From contig JAQVVF010000004.1 in the NCBI GenBank assembly GCA_028699085.1, positions 2,143-66,142 on the forward strand: a stretch of DNA of 64,000 nucleotides. The letters run 5' to 3'. Every line of letters begins with the position of its first letter. The first letter of the stretch is position 1. Source of the DNA: Patescibacteria group bacterium (GTDB taxonomy: Bacteria > Patescibacteriota > JABMPQ01 > JAQVVF01). The translations under genes and the position numbers were made by a program. Below are positions 42,431 through 51,093 of this stretch, piece after piece. The notes beneath the pieces are model-generated. The model made no database searches, had not been told where the DNA came from, and worked only from the letters and a program-made list of their open reading frames with translations.

Positions 42431-42664
42431 TTATATTTTTTCTATTTGCAAATCATTATTAATTAATGCAACGCCAGGAATATCAGAAATTGTATCTTCT
42501 AAATCTTGTTTTTCCTCTAATGTTTCTACTGTCCCTGATAATGTCACTTTGCCTTCATTTACCTCAACGTTAACATTATCAGTCATTATGTCTTCTTCCT
42601 CCAAAAACGCTTTCTCAATATCCTGATAAATATCTTTATCAGAACGGTTTACAAAATCAGACAT
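42431..42664 (-). CDS. Single BON domain protein
   Basis: SD..I...I...F.......VNVEV.EG.VTLSGTV......I.GV..INNDL. Confidence 0.85.
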   Translation of the reverse strand: MSDFVNRSDKDIYQDIEKAFLEEEDIMTDNVNVEVNEGKVTLSGTVETLEEKQDLEDTISDIPGVALINNDLQIEKI

Positions 42665-42741
42665 ATTTTTAATTTATTTTTTAAATTACCATTTTTTATA
42701 TTATATCAAAAATTACTAAATTTCACAATTTACTTTTACAA

Positions 42742-44016
42742 CTACCAAGTCCAATTATTAAACCCCCAACGAAGCAACTTCTCAACTTCACTTGTCACTT
42801 GATAGTACGTAGAAGCTCCAATTACAACCGCAATTATTTCTTGATTATTTTTATCTCTTGCCTTGGTCATCAAATTCATTCCAATTTCTGGCAAATAACC
42901 TGTTTTTCCACCTAAAATATAGAGATTACTATTCAATAACGAATTTGTATTAGTAACACTAATTGTTTTACCTCCCAAGGTTTGATAAGAATAAGATTTT
43001 GTTGTTGATGCCTGCATAATTTTATATTTTTTCAATGCATCAATAGCAACTTTTGCATAATCTTTAGGAGTACAAGCATTCCGCCAATCCAAACCAGTTG
43101 GTTCATAAAAAGTACAAGAATTAGCTCCGACTTTTTTTGCTTTCTCATTCATTTTAACAGCAAAATTTGCATCACTCATTCCTGTTGCATGCGCTAAAGC
43201 ATTGGTTGCATTATTTGCTGATTTTACTAAAGAAGTATACAGCAAATCTTCAATTCTAATTCTATCTCCGACAGATAACCAAACACTCTGGCCTTCTGCA
43301 TCATCCCAAGGCTGATAAGTATAAATTTTATTTAAATCAATTCCAGACTCTAAAACAATATTGGAAGTCAAAATTTTTGTCATCGAAGCTAAAGTCATTT
43401 TTCGATCACAATCTTTGCAATACATTATTTTACCAGATTTAACATCCATCAATACTCCTCCTAAAGAATATATATCTGGGTCAGAAACGCCAGCTTTTTT
43501 AGTTGGCTCGACAATACTCGTTTTATTTTTCTTTTCTAAAACGACAATGTCTAGATCTTCAATATCAGTTTTAATAATTGCTAAATCTTTTTTGTCATCG
43601 ATTCTGCTTTTTAATTCATTCCATCTATTCTCATCAAAATCCCAATAAAATACGCCCTTTTTATTAAATGTCTGTGAATTAAATTTTAATAAAATTTTAA
43701 CCTTGCCTAATAAAACAAAATCATCAGTCTCATTAGAAATCTCATAACGATAGATATTACTGATTGCTTTGTAACCTGTAGGAATTCTATGCTCTTCTTT
43801 CGCTATTTTTTTAAACTTAATACTAATCTGTTCAGCATCAATCAAATTAGCTGGTATTTTTATTTTTACTCTCTTTGATTTGTTAAAAATTTGCTGAGAA
43901 ATAGCTAAATCAGTACTAGATAAATTATGGATTAATCCCCAATCATTTACCTTGGAATAGCCAAAATTAGGCAATATTAGCAAAAATCCCAGGATCAACA
44001 ACAGCTTTTTTTTCAT
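42742..44016 (-). CDS. D-alanyl-D-alanine carboxypeptidase/endopeptidase (S11) with extra N-terminal domain
   Basis: ASMTK, SAN, GKTG motifs; signal peptide. Confidence 0.88.
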   Translation of the reverse strand: MKKKLLLILGFLLILPNFGYSKVNDWGLIHNLSSTDLAISQQIFNKSKRVKIKIPANLIDAEQISIKFKKIAKEEHRIPTGYKAISNIYRYEISNETDDFVLLGKVKILLKFNSQTFNKKGVFYWDFDENRWNELKSRIDDKKDLAIIKTDIEDLDIVVLEKKNKTSIVEPTKKAGVSDPDIYSLGGVLMDVKSGKIMYCKDCDRKMTLASMTKILTSNIVLESGIDLNKIYTYQPWDDAEGQSVWLSVGDRIRIEDLLYTSLVKSANNATNALAHATGMSDANFAVKMNEKAKKVGANSCTFYEPTGLDWRNACTPKDYAKVAIDALKKYKIMQASTTKSYSYQTLGGKTISVTNTNSLLNSNLYILGGKTGYLPEIGMNLMTKARDKNNQEIIAVVIGASTYYQVTSEVEKLLRWGFNNWTW

Positions 44017-44047
44017 AATATGTATGATTTTTAATTAACAAATAGAA

Positions 44048-44129
44048 TTGACAATAATTTAATTTTGTCCTATACTCGTTATATGTCGCTGTGAGGAGGC
44101 CCCAAGTGGATAAAGGGGCAAAACGGAGG
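44048..44129 (+). promoter_or_regulatory. Near-consensus sigma70 promoter, GC-rich leader hairpin and SD
   Basis: TTGACA(44048)-17 bp-TATACT(44071); GCCCC..GGGGC stem 44099-44119; GGAGG 44125. Confidence 0.75.
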
Positions 44130-44137
44130 AAAAGGGA

Positions 44138-44644
44138 ATGGATCTGAAAACTTTCATCTGTGTCGTCTTGTTTGTTGCCGGATTCGGTAGTTTGATTGCT
44201 TACGCTGATAATAATGATGTTGATCGTCTAATCTGTAACGGTGAACAAATTTGTATGCAAGAAATGCAACTTGGGAAAATTGACGAAAGGTTGGAAAGCG
44301 CCAGAGCTGATCTGCAGATGGCTGATAAAGCTTTGGGACAGATGATCCACTATGATGGCATTTGGCCCAAGACTGAAGAATCTCGGGACTGGTATCAAGG
44401 AAAACGCGGACTTGTTTGTTCCACCAATCGCAAAACAAAGCGTGAGATTCCCGTGGTTGAAAGAGATCTCAAAACTCTTCACTTTTCAAACCATGCTGGA
44501 ATTTCTAATCGCGCAAAACTAAAACTAGAAGACATTCAAACTGATCCAGTAATCAAATTCTTCCTCACTGATACGCCATGTCAGCGAGCTGAACAAGCTT
44601 GCAAGCACTTTGGCTGCACAGAGATTATCGAAGGCTCTTTGTAA
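44138..44644 (+). CDS. Secreted Cys-containing orphan protein
   Basis: Signal peptide ending AYA; six Cys in the mature part; has its own promoter, SD and terminator. Confidence 0.7.
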   Translation: MDLKTFICVVLFVAGFGSLIAYADNNDVDRLICNGEQICMQEMQLGKIDERLESARADLQMADKALGQMIHYDGIWPKTEESRDWYQGKRGLVCSTNRKTKREIPVVERDLKTLHFSNHAGISNRAKLKLEDIQTDPVIKFFLTDTPCQRAEQACKHFGCTEIIEGSL

Positions 44645-44646
44645 CT

Positions 44647-44669
44647 AACGCTATTCTTAGCGTTTTTTT
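44647..44669 (+). terminator. Intrinsic terminator
   Basis: AACGCTA-ttct-TAGCGTT-TTTTT. Confidence 0.8.
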
Positions 44670-44734
44670 ATTTGTTTAGACTTAATTTTAGCAAAAAAAA
44701 TACAAAGTGTAAAACCTTGTATTCAATCCAAATA

Positions 44735-45457
44735 TTATCTTTCTTCAATAATCAGATCAGAATATTTTTGCTTTAATTTACTTAATAACAACGCCACATC
44801 AATCTTTTTACTTTGATCTAAATTAGGATCTAAATTTTTAATATATCTAATATTCTGCAGATAATATTTTTCGCCTTTTTTCAAATAGCTTGCCATTTCC
44901 ATAAAATCTTTTTCAACATGCTTCTGAGGATATACAGTTGTTCTAAATTCATGATCAACTCCAGATTCCTGAATTAATCTAAAAGATTTCAGACATTTCT
45001 CCACCAATAATTTACAACTATCAACTGGCAACTTGTTACTAGCAACAACCTCACCATAATTTTGCCAAGAAGATTTCAAATCCATTGCTACATAATCAAG
45101 CAATTTTTTATCAAATAGTTCTTTTAACATCTCTGGATTTGATCCATTCGTATCCAGTTTCACTGAATAATCAATCTTTTTTAACTTCGCAATAAAATCA
45201 ACTAAATCAGTTTGCAAAGTTGGCTCTCCCCCAGTTATACAAATCCCATCTAACATTTTTTTCTTTTCAACCAAATAGCCAAGGATTTCATCCTCGGTTA
45301 TTTGTGATTTATTTTTATTATCAAATACCAATTCTGGATTATGACAGAACGGACATCTAAAGTTGCATCCTTGCAGAAACACTATTGCGCAAATCTTGTC
45401 TGGGTATTCTAACAGGCTCAATTTTTGGAATCCCGCTATTTTCATAGCTATTTTCAT
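44735..45457 (-). CDS. nrdG: Anaerobic ribonucleotide reductase activating protein (radical SAM)
   Basis: GCNFRCPFCHNP, ITGGEP, KLDTNGS; adjacent to nrdD. Confidence 0.92.
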   Translation of the reverse strand: MKIAMKIAGFQKLSLLEYPDKICAIVFLQGCNFRCPFCHNPELVFDNKNKSQITEDEILGYLVEKKKMLDGICITGGEPTLQTDLVDFIAKLKKIDYSVKLDTNGSNPEMLKELFDKKLLDYVAMDLKSSWQNYGEVVASNKLPVDSCKLLVEKCLKSFRLIQESGVDHEFRTTVYPQKHVEKDFMEMASYLKKGEKYYLQNIRYIKNLDPNLDQSKKIDVALLLSKLKQKYSDLIIEER

Positions 45458-47255
45458 ATTTTAAATTCTTGATTTCATATTCTTTGCGTTCTGAATACTC
45501 GCTTTGCTTACCTTTATTCCATTGTGAAACAGGCCTAAAATACCCCATCACTCTCGACCAAACTTCACATTCCTTTTCACAAATTGGACAATGCTTTTGC
45601 TCTCCATTCAAATAGCCATGTGTTGGACAAATACTAAATGTAGGAGTCATTGTAAAATATGGCAAACGATAATTTTCAGCAATTCTTTTTACCAAATCTC
45701 GACAGACTTTCCAGTTCATAATTCTTTCGCCTAAGAACATATGTAATACTGTTCCGCCCGTATATTTAGTCTGCAAATCATCTTGGTGATCAAGTGCTTC
45801 CATCGGATTATCCGTATAACTAACTGGTAAATGAGTAGAATTAGTATAATATGGTGCATCTTTTGTTCCAGCCTGAATAATATCTGGATATCTCTTTTGA
45901 TCTTCTTTGGCAAAACGATAAGTTGTTCCTTCCGCTGGAGTTGCTTCCAAATTATAAAAATTATTTGTTTCTTCTTGATAATCAGCTAGTTTTTTTCTCA
46001 TAAAATCTAGCACTTCAACAATAAATTTCTTTGATTCTGAATGAGAAATATCCTCGCCTAAAAAGTTAAGACATGCTTCGTTAGATCCATTTATGCCAAT
46101 TGTTGAAAAATGATTATGTAATGACCCAAGATAGCGCTTTGTATAAGGCAATAATCCTTTTTCCATATTTTCTTCAATCACTTTTCTTTTCATTTCCAAA
46201 GAAATTTTCGCTAAATCCATCAATTTTGCCAGCCTTTGTAAAAAGTCTTCTTTTGTTTTTGCTAAATATCCAATTCTTGCCAAATTGATTGTTACAACTC
46301 CGATACTGCCAGTCATTTCTGCAGAGCCAAATAAACCTCCGCCTTTTGCCTTTAATTCACGCAAATCTAGTTGCAATCTGCAACACATACTTCTCACGTC
46401 TGAAGGCTTTAAACTTGAATTTAAGAAATTCTGAAAATATGGAGTGCCATATTTAGCTGTCATTTCAAATAATAATTTCACGTTCTCGTTTTCCCAATCA
46501 AAATCTTTTGTAATATTATAAGTCGGAATTGGAAATGTAAAAATTCTACTTTTATTATCGCCTGTAATCATAGTTTCAATAAAAGCTTTGTTCACCATAT
46601 CCATTTCTTTCTGACAATCGCCATATGTAAAATCAACAACTTTTCCACCAATAACTGGCTTTCTTGTTCGCATATCTTCAGGACAGACCCAATCCAAAGT
46701 CACATTTGTAAATGGAGTCTGCGTTCCCCATCGAGATGGAACATTTAGATTAAAAACAAATTGCTGAATATTTTGTTTTACTTTTTCATAATCTAAATTA
46801 TCAATTTTTACAAATGGAGCTAAATAGGTATCAAAAGATGAGAAAGCTTGTGCGCCTGCCCATTCATTTTGCAATGTTCCTAGAAAATTAACCATTTGAC
46901 CCAAGGCTGTCTCTAAATGCTTTGCTGGTCCTGATTCAACTTTTCCCGAAACACCATTAAAGCCTTCTTCCAAAAGCTGTCTAATGCTCCATCCAGCGCA
47001 ATAACCTGAAAACATATCCAAATCATGAATATGATAATCACCATGAATATGAGCTTGTCCAACTTCCTTTGGATAAATCTTGTGGAGCCAATAGTTAGCT
47101 ACAACTTTTCCAGCAGTATTCAAAATCATACCGCCTAAAGAATATCCTTGGTTTGCATTAGCTGAAACTCGCCAATCCATTTTTCCTAGATATTCGTCAA
47201 TTGTTGACAAAACATCAACATTAATCTCTTTTTTTGTTTGTGTGTTTTCTTTCAT
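45357..47255 (-). CDS. nrdD: Class III (anaerobic) ribonucleoside-triphosphate reductase, without ATP cone
   Basis: HIHDL, GYCAG, SMCCRL, EATPAEG, glycyl-radical loop SRVMGYFRP, Zn motifs CPTH/CPIC. Confidence 0.95.
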   Translation of the reverse strand: MKENTQTKKEINVDVLSTIDEYLGKMDWRVSANANQGYSLGGMILNTAGKVVANYWLHKIYPKEVGQAHIHGDYHIHDLDMFSGYCAGWSIRQLLEEGFNGVSGKVESGPAKHLETALGQMVNFLGTLQNEWAGAQAFSSFDTYLAPFVKIDNLDYEKVKQNIQQFVFNLNVPSRWGTQTPFTNVTLDWVCPEDMRTRKPVIGGKVVDFTYGDCQKEMDMVNKAFIETMITGDNKSRIFTFPIPTYNITKDFDWENENVKLLFEMTAKYGTPYFQNFLNSSLKPSDVRSMCCRLQLDLRELKAKGGGLFGSAEMTGSIGVVTINLARIGYLAKTKEDFLQRLAKLMDLAKISLEMKRKVIEENMEKGLLPYTKRYLGSLHNHFSTIGINGSNEACLNFLGEDISHSESKKFIVEVLDFMRKKLADYQEETNNFYNLEATPAEGTTYRFAKEDQKRYPDIIQAGTKDAPYYTNSTHLPVSYTDNPMEALDHQDDLQTKYTGGTVLHMFLGERIMNWKVCRDLVKRIAENYRLPYFTMTPTFSICPTHGYLNGEQKHCPICEKECEVWSRVMGYFRPVSQWNKGKQSEYSERKEYEIKNLKYENSYENSGIPKIEPVRIPRQDLRNSVSARMQL

Positions 47256-47513
47256 ATTTTAATTTTATTTTTTATATAAAAAATTATTTTTTAATAGAAT
47301 AATAATTTGCTCTACAGATTAAAAATCCTCATCATTAAAGATTTTCTTTAAAAATAGAGGACAAAAAATAGCTGCAATGGAACAAGACATTACTAACAGC
47401 TATTTTATTTTTGTTTTAACAATTTATATTTGAAGCTTTTATTAGTCACCACAATTATAGCATAAGTTTTAAAAATGTTATCAACAAAAAAGTATGAAAT
47501 AAATCTTATTGCG

Positions 47514-48305
47514 TCATATAATATTGTCTTTTTGTTTTAATATAGCTAAATAATTCAAAATTTGTTTCAGATGCAAAATAATATGGATGATCGAAGAAAT
47601 CGCAAAAGCAACCGAAAAAGCCACGTGAATTGATTTTAAATTCAGTAATTCCCCCCAATAAGCATTATCAAAAAAAGCTAAATATAATCCTAAAAGGCCA
47701 GAAAAAATAAAAGTTATAAATAATACAACACTAGTAAATTTCGTTATTTTTAACTTAAACACAGGTTTATTAGAAGATAAAAGATAGATAATTCCTAAAA
47801 TAAGATAAATAAATAAAATAATTGCTACCGAAACAATTGCACTCGGATATTTGAATTCAATTGCATTCTGTTCAACTTCTTCTTTTGTTTTAATAGCAGT
47901 AGTTCCTAACTCTTCAGCTTGATTTACTTCTATTTTTGCTTCATTAGATATTTCATTTGCAACCACTTTTTCTGTTTTATTAACAATAGTTTCTTCCTGA
48001 AAATCACCAATATAATATTCCGTCAATAAATCATAAGATCTGATTTTATGGTCCTCTCCGATATTACCCTTTGTCGAAAAACCTTCAGTCGCATCAATTC
48101 CGCAATATGGCAACATCGAACCATCACCACTTGGATGCTGCCCCCCGAAATATGAAGTAACATCATAAACTTTGCCAGAAATTAACATCCAGCAATCTGT
48201 CGCCTTATTATGTTTTGAAATTTCATCTATAGTATAAGTCTTTGCAAATACAGGCAATGCAAAAAAACATAATACTGATAGAATCAAAATTGTTACTTTC
48301 TTCAT
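47514..48305 (-). CDS. Cytochrome b5-like heme domain fused to a C-terminal membrane domain (DUF4405-like)
   Basis: HN...DCW..I.GKVYDVT...HP.G...G.DAT..F....H; three TMs with His residues. Confidence 0.85.
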   Translation of the reverse strand: MKKVTILILSVLCFFALPVFAKTYTIDEISKHNKATDCWMLISGKVYDVTSYFGGQHPSGDGSMLPYCGIDATEGFSTKGNIGEDHKIRSYDLLTEYYIGDFQEETIVNKTEKVVANEISNEAKIEVNQAEELGTTAIKTKEEVEQNAIEFKYPSAIVSVAIILFIYLILGIIYLLSSNKPVFKLKITKFTSVVLFITFIFSGLLGLYLAFFDNAYWGELLNLKSIHVAFSVAFAISSIIHIILHLKQILNYLAILKQKDNII

Positions 48306-48366
48306 AATTTATATTTAATTTTTTAATATTCTAATTTTATTAAAAACAACTTTAAAAAAGCTGAAA

Positions 48367-49683
48367 TTATTTAGCTTTATAAAAAACTCGATAAATAACA
48401 CCAGCTTTATCATCAGCAATATACATCACTCCATTATCTTTGATTAAAATTCCAGTCGGTCTTCCCAAAGCTTCCTTATTTTCTGTCAACCAGCCAGAAA
48501 TAAAATCAGAACTTTTTGGCTCACCTTTTTCATCAACAACATAATTGCCATCTTTATCCATATCATATTTTACAACCTTATAACCAGTTGGTTCAACCCT
48601 ATTCCAAGAACCATGGTATGCCACAACTAAATCATTCCGCGCATCTTCTGGAAAAGATTCTATATCTGGTACAAATTGCAATCCCAATGGAGCGGAATGA
48701 GCCTGGATATTAATATAAGAAGGACTATAATCTGGCTCTGTACAAACACCTGTTGGCACATTTTCCTTAAAGTTATTATCTCTAACATTTTTTCCATAAC
48801 AAAATGGCCAACCGTATTTTTTATTCTCTTTTATAATATTAATTTCATCTGGCGGTAAATTATCGCCTAGTAAATCTCTGCCCATTTCATCAGCATATAT
48901 TGCGCCTGTATTAGGATGCGCAGTCATAAAAACAGAATTCCGCAATCCTGATGCATAAATTTTCAAATCAGTACCATCTAAATTTGCTGACAAAATAGAA
49001 GCTCGCTTATTATCTTTTTCGTTGCAAACATTACAATCCGAGCCCACTGAAATCAATAATCTATTAGTTTTTGGATCAATTAATAATGTTCTTGTGAAAT
49101 GCTCGCCTTTATCAGGTAAATCAACTATTTTTCTCTGATTTTTAATCTCCATTTTATTAACATCATAATCATAAACAGAAACTTGGTTTGATTCTGCGAT
49201 ATATAATTTGCATTTATTCAAATCCTTACAATCAAAAGCAAGACCATGTGGTAAATTCAAATGGTCAGCTAAAATTTTTGTTTCTTCAGATTTTGAATTA
49301 TTATCTTTGTCAAGCAAAGCAACCACCTTTCCATTTTGAGTCAAGCTCACAATCAAATTTCCGTTCGGATCGGAGACTAAAACTCTTGGACTTCCCAAAT
49401 CTTTAGCATAAAGAGAAATTGAAAATCCATCCGGCAATTGCAATGGCATTTTTGTGTCATCAGCCACAAAAGATTCTTCTTTGTTTTGATTTACAACTAC
49501 ATTCTCTGAATTCTCAATTGTAGTTACGATATTTTCTTTTGCTGGTAAAATTGATGTCCATATTCCTCTTAGATTATGCCAATAAAAAATTCCTCCATAT
49601 GCCAATCCTCCAACTAAAAATGTAATAAAGATTACTAATAACACTTTTAGCCAACCTCGACTTTTTTTTATTTTTTCTTCCAT
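48367..49683 (-). CDS. PQQ-dependent sugar/sorbosone dehydrogenase (GSDH family), membrane-anchored
   Basis: LPDGFSI, PHGLAF, HFTR, GS.CNVC.E, GLRN, PPDE, YGWP, HSAPLG, HGSWNR. Confidence 0.88.
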   Translation of the reverse strand: MEEKIKKSRGWLKVLLVIFITFLVGGLAYGGIFYWHNLRGIWTSILPAKENIVTTIENSENVVVNQNKEESFVADDTKMPLQLPDGFSISLYAKDLGSPRVLVSDPNGNLIVSLTQNGKVVALLDKDNNSKSEETKILADHLNLPHGLAFDCKDLNKCKLYIAESNQVSVYDYDVNKMEIKNQRKIVDLPDKGEHFTRTLLIDPKTNRLLISVGSDCNVCNEKDNKRASILSANLDGTDLKIYASGLRNSVFMTAHPNTGAIYADEMGRDLLGDNLPPDEINIIKENKKYGWPFCYGKNVRDNNFKENVPTGVCTEPDYSPSYINIQAHSAPLGLQFVPDIESFPEDARNDLVVAYHGSWNRVEPTGYKVVKYDMDKDGNYVVDEKGEPKSSDFISGWLTENKEALGRPTGILIKDNGVMYIADDKAGVIYRVFYKAK

Positions 49684-49693
49684 ATATTAATAA

Positions 49694-50443
49694 TTAAAAA
49701 AATAATAACTTTATTGCCAAAATAATAATTGCAATTATATAAACAATTCTAATCCATTTATTGCCATTTTTAATTGCAAATTTCACACCTAACAATGCTC
49801 CTAGAGAAATAAATATCGCAAACAGCAATCCCAATTTAAAATCAATTAAATCATTCAGATAAAAAATCACGCAAGCAATTCCAGATGAAAATAAATTAAT
49901 TACTTTTGTATCAAATGCCGATTGCAAAAAGCTCAAACCAAAAAATAAAATCAAAACATAAGTCAGAATCGTCACATATCCGCCACTAAAAAAACCGCCA
50001 TAAACTCCTAATGCAAAGACTAATATCAAGCCAATAACAATCTTCCAAATCGAAATATCATCATTTTCTTTCAGACCTATATCTTTTTTCACAAATAACG
50101 TGCTTGCTACCAAAACAATAATGACAGCAATAATCTTTTTTAAAATATCTTCATTAATATCTAAAACCAATTTTGCTCCCAAAAATGACGATATTAAAGT
50201 TATAATGACAAATAAAAATAACCACCAAAGATGCTGCTTCTTAATTTCTTTTCTAAAACCAAACATTCCACTCAAACTCAAAAAAATCAAAACCAACATA
50301 TTTGTTGCAATCGCAGTTTTGATATCCATGCCAGCATATATCAATAAGGGCACCATCACTAATGTTGTTCCACCAACTGACACGCTAAAAACTCCTACAA
50401 CAAAATAAATTATACAAAGTGCCAAAACAACTATTAGACTCAT
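49694..50443 (-). CDS. TSUP (TauE/SafE) family transporter
   Basis: GG..LVMVPLL, AIATN, GVYGGFFSGG; about 8 TMs. Confidence 0.85.
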   Translation of the reverse strand: MSLIVVLALCIIYFVVGVFSVSVGGTTLVMVPLLIYAGMDIKTAIATNMLVLIFLSLSGMFGFRKEIKKQHLWWLFLFVIITLISSFLGAKLVLDINEDILKKIIAVIIVLVASTLFVKKDIGLKENDDISIWKIVIGLILVFALGVYGGFFSGGYVTILTYVLILFFGLSFLQSAFDTKVINLFSSGIACVIFYLNDLIDFKLGLLFAIFISLGALLGVKFAIKNGNKWIRIVYIIAIIILAIKLLFF

Positions 50444-51081
50444 TATTTTATACCTTTAATCTCTATTGCTTTTTCAATTGTATAATCTCCGACTCGCGTT
50501 CTTTGCAAATCAGCCAAATAACCGCCAGTTTTCAATTCTTTTCCAATATCTCGGCTTAAAGATCTGATATAAACGCCAGGCCCACAAACAACATTGATCT
50601 CAAGAATCGGCCAAGAATAATCTAGTATTTTAATATTTTTAATTTCCACTTCTCTCCCTTTCATTTCTAATTCTTGACCTTTTCTAGCATATTTATACGC
50701 CTCTTTACCTTTTATTTTTATCGCCGAATAAATTGGCGGAATCTGCATTATTTTGCCAATAAATTTTGGCAAGATTTTTTTAACATCATCTAAATTAGGG
50801 TTATTGCCTACTTCAATATTTTCTTTCTCACCTTCTTCATCATCAGTTGTACTATTTTGCCCTAATTTAATTTTCGCGATATACTCCTTTTCCTTTTTTA
50901 CTTGGTCAGCAATTTTTTTTGTTGACTCTCTACCAACTGCAATTACTAAAACTCCACTTGCCAATGGATCAAGTGTTCCTGCATGTCCAACTTTTTCACC
51001 TTTGTTTTCTCTCTTAATTATCTGGACAATATCATTTGATGTCGGGCCTTTTGGTTTATTAACTGCAAATATTCCTTTCAT
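50443..51081 (-). CDS. truB: tRNA pseudouridine(55) synthase
   Basis: NKPKGPTS, GHAGTLDPLASGVL, PPIYSAIK, GVYIRSL. Confidence 0.96.
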   Translation of the reverse strand: MKGIFAVNKPKGPTSNDIVQIIKRENKGEKVGHAGTLDPLASGVLVIAVGRESTKKIADQVKKEKEYIAKIKLGQNSTTDDEEGEKENIEVGNNPNLDDVKKILPKFIGKIMQIPPIYSAIKIKGKEAYKYARKGQELEMKGREVEIKNIKILDYSWPILEINVVCGPGVYIRSLSRDIGKELKTGGYLADLQRTRVGDYTIEKAIEIKGIK

Positions 51082-51093
51082 AATTTATAGAAT

